Of a stretch of DNA of 64,000 nt, positions 25,838-38,400 are shown piece by piece (position 1 is the stretch's first letter; each line of letters begins with the position of its first letter). A program made the position numbers and the translations under genes. The notes below the pieces were generated by a model that was not told where the DNA came from, did not search any database, and saw only the letters and a program-made list of their open reading frames with translations. Source of the DNA: Octopus sinensis. Taxonomy: Eukaryota. Location of the stretch: the NCBI RefSeq assembly GCF_006345805.1, contig NC_042999.1:75144001-75208000 (forward strand), given 5' to 3'.

Positions 25838-27160
25838 TATAAAAGACAAAAAAGGGTGAAAAAACTACAGAAGGCTTGTGTTATATGGTTAAAGAATATA
25901 TTTAAACCGTAATGTTAGAAAAATGTTATGAAATTTTGCGTATAGTAACATAGTTTTTGAAGAAATAACCGGTTTCGCATTTTCTTTTCAAATTTCTCAA
26001 ATTTTTTTACCTATATCGTGTCATGTCTTTGCTATGTTGTGAAATATGGAGTTCCAGGCAGGGGAAGGTAATCAGGGATTTTCCGGTATAAGAGAGATAA
26101 TCAAAAATGTTGGGAATGACTAGGCTTGATTAATTTAACATGATTTGGTTTAGAAGGAATAGAATATTACAAGTGGTTAGGTTTTGCTTTATATTTTTTC
26201 AATGAGGTGAGCTTCCTTATTTAAAAAAAGTTAGAAATGGATAAAGTTTGGCTTATATTTTTCAATGAAGAAGGTTTCCTCATTTAATCTAACTTGTGTT
26301 GGTGTTCCAAAGGTACATTGATAGAATAGAAATATTACAAATTGTGGTAGCAGTTGCTTTGCGCATTTCTCAATATGTTCACTAAAGGGTATCATTCTGT
26401 ATTCTGGGAATGCAATCTGCTGTCGATGCAGAGTGTATCTGCGTCTGAGCGATAATCCCGAGGACCCTATGTAGTTTTGGTGGCAGCCCGAGCATCTAAT
26501 GACATAAATCAGGTGTTCTGAAGCACAAGTAAAGTCAGATTTGATTTTGAACTTTTGTCCCTCTTTGAAAAGGAATTCTGATCCTTCTAAAAGGTTTGGG
26601 CATGTTGCGCAATTTGGTCTACCACATTTTTTAAACTTTTGCATCCGTTATTTTAGAAAATAATTTTGCCTTTGTGAGGATCTTTTTTAGTATTTTCGGT
26701 TGTTTGTAGCTTTTAATGATTTTATGTATGTGTAAAATTTCCTTCAATTTGAAGTCCTTATGTAGCATTGGTAAATTTTGGGTGATGATGATGAAGGCTT
26801 CTTTGTTTCTGGGATTGTATGTGGATATGTACGGCAGTATTTACGTGGAAGGTGTGTTGCTGTGTTGAACTTTTCTTAAGGTTTCTATGTCGATTTGTGT
26901 TGCACGTCTGATTCCGTCCTCTATGAGTTGAACTGGGCAGTGGAACTCCATATTTCACAACATAGCGAAGACATGACACGATGTAGGTAAAGAAATTTGA
27001 GAAAATTAAAAAGAAAATACGAAACCGGTTATTTCTCCAAAAACTATGTTACTATACGCAAAATTTTCTAACAGTTTTCTAACATGATGATTTAAATATA
27101 TTCTTTAACCATGTAACACAAGCCTTCTGTAGTTTTTTCCACACTTTTTTGTCTTTTATA
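25838..27160 (-). mobile_element. Truncated Penelope-like element with GIY-YIG domain and inverted terminal arms
   Basis: ORF 26231-26644 reads CGRPNCATC...LIYVIRC..C.QNYIG. About 215-bp inverted arms at 25838-26055 and 26942-27160, next to (TA)n. Confidence 0.88.
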
Positions 27161-27588
27161 TATATATATATTTATATATATTTACATATATTTCGTTTTG
27201 GGATTTGGTTTGCAACATTTTTTATGTGAGTAAATGTCGATAATAGTAAAATAGAATTGAAAAAACCTTAGAGTCTTCGGTCAGCCAATCTATGACAAAA
27301 TTAGAGAAATTAATGACTGCGATAAACTTGAATAAATGAATATGTGGTGGTTAAGGATATGCGTGAACTAAGGTTATCTTAAGGCAACAACGAGGAAGAC
27401 GAAACTATTGAAACTATATTTACATGTCTATATGGTGATGAAATAGACAGAATAATGAAAAGAACTGGTTAGGGGTTTATGATCTGCGCAGAAATAGAAG
27501 TGTAGATGGACGAGGTTGAAAAGACAAAATTTCTTATCTGAGCATCTTCTGAGATTCGTATCATTTCGGCAGAGGTATTAAAAAATCG

Positions 27589-27624
<36 letters not shown>

Positions 27625-27704
27625 GTGTGTGTGTGTGTATATATATATTTATATATATGTGTGTGTGTGTGCGTGTGTGTATGTGTGTGTGTGTGTGTAT
27701 ATAT

Positions 27705-27985
27705 ATATATGTATAAAAATATATATAAAAAAATACAAAATGGGACAAGAACACAAAACACTCAAATAGATGACACAAAAAACGGACGGGCCATTCGAAG
27801 CCTCTAATCTTCAGTCAAGAACCGGATCATCCTCGGAATTTCCAGCCGAAATTGCGAGAATGATCCGGTTCTTGACTGAAGATTAGAGGCTTCGAATGGC
27901 CCGTGCATTTTTTGGGTCGTCTATTTGAGTGTTTTGCGTTCTTGTCCCATTTTATATTTTTATATATATATTTTTTATACATATA
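27705..27985. repeat. Near-perfect ~280-bp palindrome between TA/TG microsatellites
   Basis: Arms 27705-27841 and 27849-27985 are reverse complements around the loop CCAGCCG. Confidence 0.9.
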
Positions 27986-28016
27986 TTATTGCGGCGTAAC
28001 GTACATCTTGTTCTCT

Positions 28017-28064
<48 letters not shown>

Positions 28065-28065
28065 A

Positions 28066-28193
<128 letters not shown>

Positions 28194-28210
28194 TTATGTA
28201 TATATATATA

Positions 28211-29713
28211 TATCCTGTCTTTTCTCGCCCGCCTCCTAAGGCTACTGGTCGACACATTTTCTCTCTCTCTCGTCGTCCACGATAATCCAGCGTTTGCAAT
28301 ACTTTTTTCGTCTGGCGTTAACAGCCCTTCTTATCTTGTTCTCCTTGTCCTGTCTCTCACTGTTATATATTTATTTTTCCACTGTTTATATATATATTTT
28401 TTACTGTTTATATGTTTGTACTGTCGTTACCGTCTTGCTTTTTTTTTTACCCCTCTGCGAAAAGATCTCAGAATTTTAATTGATTTGCTTTTCGCGGGAA
28501 GGAAGTTTTCTTCGAAGTATACGTCTCGCTTTTATCCTTCGAAACGTTTAGTAGATGAAACCTTAGCGACTGAAGAAGGGGATTTTTCGTTGTGCTTATT
28601 GTCCTGTATCTCTCTCTTTCTTTTTGCTTGTCTTGTTCCTTGGTTTGTGTCTATGTGTTTCGTCTCTCTATGTGTTCGACGTCTTTTTGGTGTCCTGTAC
28701 ACATATATGCGTGTATATGTACATGTAGAGGTAGGTACGTACATATATGTTTATATATATGCATATGTTCTATTTTATTAACATATTATACGACTAAACG
28801 CACGCACCCTATTAAGTAAGATTGTTCTGTTTATCAAGTTAGCCTTGATATTAACTCTCACGCGACTCTGCATCTTTCTTTCTTTCTCTCCCATTCCCTT
28901 TTTCGTCTTTTTTTCCCTCACTTAACTTGTCTCTTCCTCTCTCTCTCATTCTTCATTCTCTCTCTCCCTTTCACCATTCTTCTTGGTCTCCTTGCACCAT
29001 TCCCCTTCTTCTCTCTCTTCCTCTTGCTCCTCCTCCCCCATTCCCGTCGTCCATCTGCGACGATACTTCCGTCGTAACTGCTATCCTGTCTTTTCTCGCC
29101 CGCCTCCTAAGGCTACTGGTCGACACATTTTCTCTCTCTCTCGTCGTCCACGATAATCCAGCGTTTGCAATACTTTTTTCGTCTGGCGTTAACAGCCCTT
29201 CTTATCTTGTTCTCCTTGTCCTGTCTCTCACTGTTATATATTTATTTTTCCACTGTTTATATATATATTTTTTACTGTTTATATGTTTGTACTGTCGTTA
29301 CCGTCTTGCTTTTTTTTTACCCCTCTGCGAAAGGATCTCAGAATTTTAATTGATTTGCTTTTCGCGGGAAGGAAGTTTTCTTCGAAGTATACGTCTCGCT
29401 TTTATCCTTCGAAACGTTTAGTAGATGAAACCTTAGCGACTGAAGAAGGGGATTTTTCGTTGTGCTTATTGTCCTGTATCTCTCTCTTTCTTTTTGCTTG
29501 TCTTGTTCCTTGGTTTGTGTCTATGTGTTTCGTCTCTCTATGTGTTCGACGTCTTTTTGGTGTCCTGTACACATATATGCGTGTATATGTACATGTAGAG
29601 GTAGGTACGTACATATATGTTTATATATATGCATATGTTCTATTTTATTAACATATTATACATACATATATATACATATATATACATACATATATATACA
29701 CACATATATATAC

Positions 29714-29773
<60 letters not shown>

Positions 29774-29803
29774 GTATATATGTATATATATACATGTATA
29801 TAT

Positions 29804-29860
<57 letters not shown>

Positions 29861-29875
29861 CATATACATATATAC

Positions 29876-29958
<83 letters not shown>

Positions 29959-30197
29959 AATAAAATAGAACATATGCATATATATAAACATATATGTACG
30001 TACCTACCTCTACATGTACATATACACGCATATATGTGTACAGGACACCAAAAAGACGTCGAACACATAGAGAGACGAAAAACATAGACACAAACCAAGG
30101 AACAAGACAAGCAAAAAAAGAGATACAGGACAATAAGCACAACGAAAAATCCCCTTCTTCAGTCGCTAAGGTTTCATCTACTAAACGTTTCGAAGGA
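28211..30197. mobile_element. Partial-tandem plus inverted repeat with PLE pseudo-LTR-like architecture
   Basis: 28211-28790 repeats almost exactly at 29082-29660. 29955-30197 is an inverted copy of its 3' part. All junctions lie in (TA)n. A related diverged copy is at 32470-32690 (minus). Confidence 0.75.
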
Positions 30198-30214
30198 TAT
30201 ATATATATATATAG

Positions 30215-30362
30215 GGCACGGAAGTGGCTGTGTGGTAAGTAACTTGCCTACCAAACACATGGTTCCGAGTTCAGTCTCACTGCGTGGAACCTTGGGCAAG
30301 TGTCATCCGACCAAAGCATTGTGAGTGGATTTGGTAGACGGAAACTGAAAGAAGCCCATCGT
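30215..30362 (+). mobile_element. Partial tRNA/CORE-type SINE
   Basis: GTGGCTGTGTGGTAAG...GAGTTCAGTC...CCTTGGGCAAGTG. Same family as 40310-40695 (minus). Confidence 0.75.
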
Positions 30363-30428
30363 ATATATATATATGAAACTAGATAAAAGATAAAAGATAA
30401 AAGATATACTTATAAGAGGGATGACTAC

Positions 30429-30801
30429 TACGTGGACATCCATTATGTTAGAAGTAGATCCACTATGGTCTTACCACTAAGAATTGAATGTTCTCAAGAA
30501 AATTTAGCAAGCGCCAGAACGTAAGCGAGCAAGACAAATGAAAAGAAACGCATGTTTTTATATGTTTTTACTTGACTTGAAAATTTCTTGCGTCAATGCA
30601 TGAGTCAAACGTTAAAAATGATTCCTTGATCCTTGAATTCTGATTGGATCCTTGAAGCGGTTCTTTCACTTTGTTCCACCGTTTCTTTTCATTTCCCTTG
30701 CTCGCTTACTTGCTGGTGTTTTCTAAATTTTCTTGAGAACATTCCTTTGTTAGTGGTAAGACCATAGCGGAACTACGTCTAGCATAATGGATGTCCACGT
30801 A
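30429..30801 (-). other. Fold-back element: ~122-bp inverted arms enclosing an inverted fragment of a SULT terminal exon and 3'UTR
   Basis: Arms at 30429-30550 and 30680-30801. The minus strand of 30551-30682 reads TVEQSERTASRIQSEFKDQGIIFNV-stop plus UTR. Confidence 0.9.
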
Positions 30802-30919
30802 TGCAATATAATTTTTCTGAATCTTCAGATTTGAATATGCTAGACCACTGGTTTTAAATTGATATTAATCAAATTAATATTCAATTTTTCACCCTTATTA
30901 TTTTATACATACACACACA

Positions 30920-30992
<73 letters not shown>

Positions 30993-31083
30993 TCCATTTT
31001 TTCTCGTTGTTTACGTATTTCATGTTGTGAAATACGGAAACGTTAGTGACGTCCTGTTCCCATATATGCATGTGTGTATATTG

Positions 31084-31133
<50 letters not shown>

Positions 31134-31267
31134 CATACATACATATACATATGTATACTATATATTATTTACCATTTATTACATGTGTGTCTGTGTCTGT
31201 GTGTGTGCGTGCATGAATTTAATATATCCCATTTTCCACATAATGCCTGTTTCCGTATTATTTACAG

Positions 31268-31374
31268 GTAAAATAGACACATGGAAAAAATGGTTAACGG
31301 TGGAACAAAGTGAAAGAATCGATGCAAGGATTCAATCAGAATTCTCGGATCAAGGAATCATCTTTAATTTTTAA
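31268..31374 (+). CDS. SULT-like paralogue 2, exon 5 (terminal)
   Basis: tttacag acceptor, GKIDTWKKWLTVEQSERIDARIQSEFSDQGIIFNF-TAA. AATAAA at 31506-31511. Confidence 0.94.
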
Positions 31375-32396
31375 CTCATGCATTGACGCAAGAAATTTTC
31401 AAGTCAAGTAAAGTTATACAAAAACATATATTGCCAGTTCAGCCTTCTTTATTGGCTCGACGATAATTTCTTAAGCTCTACGTCCTTATAGTGTAGTTTT
31501 TAATCAATAAATTTCAGTAAAACAAAATTCACATTTATTGTATTTCGATTTTTATTTGGAACCTTATGAAAGTTTCCTCAACATATTGTATGTAAAATGT
31601 AATATCCGATTTTGCAAATGAACTCCCTCCAAACCCATATGCAGCATACACTAATTTTAGAACAATTATGCCTTTTATTTTTACATCAATCTAACATTAT
31701 TATTTCAATCACTCCTCTAAAAAGGAAATAAAATTTACATATGGATATTCATTAACAGATGGCTCAAAGTGGTTTCATACCTCTTATCAAAATGATGTTT
31801 CCATAGTAATCTCCTTAGTCTGTTGAACTGTATCGCTATTAGACATGGTTTCAACAAGCATTATTTATCGAATTTTGTGTTTTCGTAAATTGTAGTAATC
31901 TTCATGAAAGCACACGAAACAAACGTAGATGTAACTGAGCACTACTTTTTTCCAATTGATACATATGTTTCAGTATTCAGCAATACATAACGTCACATTA
32001 TAGTTGCAACAAATAGATACAACTTACAGGGCCAACATGTAGCAGTCACATCGTCAGACAATTGAAAAAGAAATATAAGCTAACCACTAGCAGCAACCAA
32101 ATTTAAATACAATGGAGGAATACGCCAGATAGGAGTGGGTAGTTAAACTAATCGGCATAACCACACAGTCGACTGGTGTTTCATAATAGTAGGGATTAGG
32201 GATTAGGTCGCCTGTATTTGACGATACACGGAGGAGGAGAAAGGTGACGGTGGAGGGCAAAGAGGGAAAGTTAACATCTGGTAAGATAAATGAGTATAAT
32301 AGAAATTGTCTATGCCGTCACAGTCTGGTTAGCCCCATATACCCACGCATGCACACATGCAAGCACACGCAAACACACACAAACACACACAAACAC

Positions 32397-32464
<68 letters not shown>

Positions 32465-32699
32465 TGATAAATAAAAATGTATGCATACATACAAACATAT
32501 ATGTACGTACCTACATCTACATGTATATATACATGCATATATAAATAATTATACGTGAGTACAGGACATCACAAGAAGACGTAGAAACGGAAAAAAACAA
32601 AAAACAAGAAAACGAAAAACGAAAAACAATTACAGGACGAGCTACACAAGGACAAAACCCCCGTCATCAGCTGTCGCTAGAATACTACCAGTCAAATGA

Positions 32700-33420
32700 C
32701 CTTGGTTAAATTTCTCATTCCACTCATTTCTTTATATTTTCTTCTTTTTTCCTTCTTTTAATACTTATTTCTCTCTATATTTATATTCTCCTCTTCTACT
32801 GTGCTCTTTACTTTGTTATTGAATCTTCCATGCGTTTACGTGAACCTCCTTACGACAATGTGAACTTTCATTTAATCAAGATATCCTTAGCCTGAAGACA
32901 CCCTTGGCCTGCGGTATACACCTCGTTTGGATATTTACCACTTCCGAGGTTCCACTCGTTATGAAACATATGTAGCCCGGATTTTATCTACTTCATTCCG
33001 TAACTCTTGTAGTCTTATTCGCACACCCGGCAACCCTGGTCGCCTACCGTGAAATATATTAAGACTTTTTTTTCAGTTTATCGTACTTCGATACGAAAAA
33101 ATCCACATCGTTCTGTATCAATAAACCAATATTGTCCCTGAAAGTTGTTTTTTATATTTACTACGGATTGTTTGAAGCTAACTTTCTTCCTATACCGCGA
33201 TTCCTGGATCTTACATTTATATATCACTAGTTCCTAATCTAGTGAATGCTAACTGTGTTGAAGACACGGAAATAGAGAAAATGAAATTAAACTTGTCGCT
33301 TAAGGATATCCCACTTACCAACAAAACCGAGTACATGAAACTCATAATTCGTGCTACAAACGAATAGATTCGACAGATGCGATGGAAAGTTTTCTTCTCC
33401 TTCTGCAACACTACTACCAA
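32700..33420 (+). mobile_element. 5' remnant of a Penelope-like element with a degenerate hammerhead
   Basis: CTGAAGA (32892)...GAAA-CATATG-TA (32963-32974). From 33281, MKLNLSLKDIPLTNKTEYMK...RQMRWKVFF resembles PLE ORF N-termini. Confidence 0.65.
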
Positions 33421-33667
33421 CTCTGTTAACCTAAGCCATCAAACCCTACTCCGCTTATAAGTGTATAATATTAACTGCCACCTGTAACTACATATATATT
33501 GGCTCACATAGCACCACCTTCAACGCTAGAGTGAGCAACCACTACTCTAGTTTCTTGATTAAATTTTCTAACTTTTCAGCACAAAAACAATCTTTCACTG
33601 CGGAGCAAAGAATAACACGACCGATCAGAGAGAGAGAGAGAGAGAGAGAGGGAGAATGATAACGTAG

Positions 33668-33711
<44 letters not shown>

Positions 33712-33929
33712 CGGTCGTGTTATTCTTTGCTCCGCAGTGAAAGATTGTTTTTGTGCTGAAAAGTTTGAAAATTTGCTGTTTTGGTCGTCGAGGCCACTTC
33801 TTTTCTGCTGTTGCAGCAGAGTTCTGCTGTTCTTTCCCCCTTGTTTCAAGGGGGAAGCGACGAAAAAACACGAATTTGCAACCAATCTCCTCCGAGTCGG
33901 AGGAAAACGTTGAAAATTTGTTTGAAGGC

Positions 33930-35474
33930 ATGAAGGCGAAAATGCGGGAGGAGGAAGGTAAAAGTAAAGAGACGTCTCAGGCGCTCGTTACAAAAGCAGA
34001 CGACAATATGTCTGGCGAAGCTACTAAACAACAAGAAAAGTCAAAAATAAATTTTGAGAGTGCAGCAACTCGCCCTTGTGAAAATATAGTCATTAACAAG
34101 GAAGAATTAAAGAAAAACCAAGGACTACTAAAAAAAGAAGGTGATAATGTGAAGTTGTTCCCTCCCAGTGAATTAATTTACGCGACGGAGAGAAAAACTG
34201 TCATATACAAGACATATAATGTCAAGAATAAGAAAATTGACTTCGTGCAGAGAGAAGCCATTGAAAAATGTTTGAGGCCGATATGGCAACAAACTACGTA
34301 TATAACAAGGGGTAGTCGCTTCGGAACGGTAGAGGTGCGTTTCCCAAGCGAAGAAATAGCTAAGGAACATTCAACAAGAACGTTGAAGTCAGACGAGGTA
34401 GTTCTTCTACCTTTTTATTTAGGAATGAGAACTTCCAGAATAACGGTCACGGACATTCCGCCCGAAATCGATGTGGACTTTATAATAGCAGCGATTCTCT
34501 TAGGCAAAGAGGAAGAAATTGCCATTCTTCAGTCTAAAAGATATCGCCCCACGACCTGGTATGGACAAGACTTAGAACTTGTGATCCAAGCGAACCCCTC
34601 GGACTTGGAAAAATTGCCAAGCTCCCTCACCATTGGAGATAATACCACCTTGATGGTAATAGTCGAGGGAAGAAAACCTAGGTGTTATAAATGTGGCGAG
34701 CTGCAAGAAGACAGCCAAAGAAAATACTGCAGAGGCAAGCACGACGCCGAAAACAACTACACCGATAGAAATAGCAGCCACGTCGCGCGCCCCAATTGCC
34801 GAAATTCAGCCGAAAACGGGAGAAAACAACGACAACAACAACAACAACAACAACAACGATGACAACAACAACAACATCCAGGAGTGGGTCACCATAGAAC
34901 CTTCAAAAAGAAGACGGAAACGGAAAAATTCACCCTCTTCGGATACACAGGACTATACTCCGAGACAGACAAGCACACCCACACCCACAAATACAGTCGC
35001 AAACACACACGTAGCCAAAAAAACACACACACTGGAAAAAGCACACACAAACACACACACACCTACCACAAGCACGCACACACCTACAAACACCCACGCT
35101 TCTACAAGCACACACACACCCTCAAACACCCCCGCTCCACAATCACCTAACAAAAAAAAAGAAACACCTTCACGGCGATAAATAAAAACAATAACCCATT
35201 AAGAGAAAAAATTATTTTACTGAAATCGGCGAAAAAATATATCGTAACAGATATAAATAGTACTATATCTGAAAATGTAGAATTTTATACAATAGATAAC
35301 GCTGATTATTTTGAAATAAAAAAATCTTTTGCGGAGGACGTAGGCCCGTTACAGATGAACTTTTCAAGCCATCTATACAAGCAATTCGCAAAAAAACTAA
35401 CCTCGCAAAACACAACACTCACAGACAGAAAAGATGAGGGCGAAACTACACCCTGTCTTCTGTTAAAACAGTAA
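33930..35474 (+). pseudogene. LINE ORF1 (RRM-like plus zinc knuckle), frameshifted
   Basis: RCYKCG is followed by a frame change to ASC, so the middle of the CCHC knuckle is deleted. Low-complexity N/T-rich tail with a further frameshift. Confidence 0.75.
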
Positions 35475-35493
35475 GTTTTAAACATTCGACTAA

Positions 35494-38400
35494 TTTTTCA
35501 CATTCTCGTTTAAACTCGGTTGTATAAATATTCGCGGCCTGGGGTCGTATTGGAAGCAAGGCTACCTCCTTAACGACCTTAGGTCGCATCGTTTGGATGT
35601 AGTGGTAATTACCGAATCCAGACTGAGTGGGCTGCAGGCTTTTTCGCCCCTTCTAAACGGCTATGAGAAATACATTTCTCCCTGTCGACCTGGAGGGGGA
35701 GGAGGAGTGGCAGTGCTGGTCAGGAAAAATCTTGATTCAGAGATTAGAACTGTCTTTATATATCTGGAAGGCAGGTTGGTCGTTTTGGATGTGACGCACA
35801 GCAGTGGTAAAGTGTTCAGGCTGGTCGCTGTCTATGCTCCCTGCGAAGGAAAAGCCGGGCAGAAAGAGTATTTCAAAAGCCTAGAGAATTTTCTTGGCAC
35901 GTCGAACACGTTAGTATTGCTAGGTGATTTCAAAATAATTTGCGATGCAAGCGTAGATTATGTTGGCTCGAGAAAGAATAGGAGGGGATTACCTCACCTC
36001 AACGATATGCTAAGTCGTTTCGAATTGGCAGATAGATTCAGACTGGACCATCCAGACACTCCAGCGTGGACCTGGTCAAGAAACGACGGGTCGTCCAGAT
36101 CTTATATCGATAGAATCATAACTAGAAAGAAAAATAAGAAAATACTTAGCTGTCCACAACACCATATCGTCAGCTATAGCGATCACAAATTAGTGACCTG
36201 TTCGCTCGACATAGATAGCATGTGTAGACGAGGTAGCGGTTACTGGAGGCTAAACAAGTCACTATTAGATTGTGAAGCCTACAGGAATCGGATTAAACAA
36301 TTAGTAATGAGGGCGTTAACCGGATCCATTATCAACAACAAATGGTGGTACGCCCTGAAAAGAGCCATCAAATTTGAGTCAATTAGGTTTAGCAAAGAAC
36401 TAGCTAGTGCTATAAACAAAGTAGAAAAGGAACTAGTTAAGGCAATAGAGGAGGCAATGAGGTCAGGCAGTGCATCGAAAGTGTTAGCGGCGAGGTTAGC
36501 ACTCGACCAACATCTCAAAGCTAAACATGAAGGGTGCATTGTCAGGGCTAAGATCCGTGCAATGAGACAGGAAGGGTTCAACGCAGCCGGATGGGCCTGG
36601 GTGGTAGAGGGCCAGCGTGGCAACAACTCAACCATTCGATCCTTGACGGGCCCAAATGGTCGATTAGTAAACGAACCCGAGGAGATGTGCAAGGTGTTTC
36701 ATGATCATTTCGCCCAGCTATTCGGGAGGAGCGGCGAGCTGGAGCGCGGGGAGAAGCTCGCAGACTTCCTAGCCGGTTCGCAGCGTCTATCGGGGCCGGA
36801 CGCGGAATCTTGTGAGGCGCCGATCACAGCCAAAGAAGTCGAGGATATGTTGGCAGACTGCGGCGGGGACAAATCGCCGGGACTCGATGGTCTGCCTTAC
36901 GAACTCTATAGTAGCATGTCAGACTTGTTTGGGCACCTACTTGCATGCGTGTACACCAACTGGCAGCAGAACGGGAGAATTCCTAAGTCTGTGAGCCGAG
37001 GGGTGGTAGCGCTGTTAAGAAAGGACCCAAACAAGGGGGATTTAATTGATAATTTCCGGCCTATCACTCTGCTTAACGCAGAGTTGAAGATCTTGGCCAA
37101 GGTCTTAGCAAAAAGGTTGGCGAGGGTCGTGGGTGAACTTGTTGGCGAGGCGCAAACTTGCGCCATCCCTGGAAGGACCATCCACGACAATCTCCACTTT
37201 CTACGCTATGCCTTAGAAAGGGTAAATAGGATTCCTTGCAAGAGTGGGGCTATGGTCCACTTGGACCAATCGAAAGCGTTTGATAGGGTGGACCATCAGT
37301 ATCTGGCGGCGGTCCTCGCTGCGGCTGGCTTCGGCCCGACCTTCGATGTTGCTTTATACAGCAACATCGAATCGGTAGTTCGGGTAAATGGTTTCCTTTC
37401 GGAGCCGTTCAGCATTGAACGTTCGGTACGTCAAGGGTGTCCTCTCTTCCCGCTTCTCTACGTTTTGGCCCTCGAGCCGTTGCTGAGGAGGTTGGAAACT
37501 ATGAGAGGCACTCCGCAAGATCTAGGGTGCGGAAAGACAGCTTCGGCGTATGCGGACGACATCACCGTCATCGTTTCCCGAGTCGAGCACCTACAGTGGG
37601 TGGGTGAGGCCTTAAGGGACTACGAAGCGGTGGCAGGAGCGAAAGTCAACCGGGATAAATCGGTCGGCTTGCAACTCGGCACCTGGAGGGGCAAGTCGAT
37701 GTCTTCCGACAGAGTCGTAGGACGTTGGACGGAAGGACCGGTGAAAATGCTTGGGATCTGGTTAGGTCCAGATCTCCAGATAGAGAAGAACTGGAGCGAT
37801 GTGGCGAGAAAGGTGGCTCTCCTAACTCAGACATCGTCTGAACGGAAGCTGTCCTTGAAAGGGAGGGCGGAGGTTGCAGAAGTGTTTATCGCCTCTGTAA
37901 TCACTTACCGCCTAACCGTAGTGCCTTGCCCCGATTCGTGGTTGAACAAACTGGAACGCATGCTCTTTCGCTTTTTGTGGAGGGGCAGCAGACCTCTTGT
38001 AAGACGCTATATTTGCTGCCAAAAGCCGCTGAAGGGTGGGTTAGGGATGCCGTGGCTAAAAATGCGCAGACATGCGCTCAGGCTTAGGCACCTCTGGATT
38101 TACCTGGACGGTGAGCAGGTGTGGACTCCGTTTGTCAAGCTGTTATTTCCACAGTTCACATCGTTTAACGAACTGAACCCATGGATCAAGTGTAGACCGA
38201 GGTTGGGCATGTGGCATGCAGAGTGCTATCAGGCACTCGTGCTTCTCTCCCAGTTGGGCAACGCCGGTGGCGGGGCTACTACCTCGTTCTTCTATAGAGG
38301 GTTAGTAGAGTTTAAGTGTGACGACGTCCTAGGAGAAACTCTGGGCTTCGACGAAAATCAACTGGCCAGCCTGTTCCAAAGAACATTCGGTCCGGGGCTT

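Noticed and set aside
26950-27035. GAAACCGGTT palindromic stem III-like motif in the PLE arm
   Set aside because: No intact CUGANGA box or stem I in either arm.
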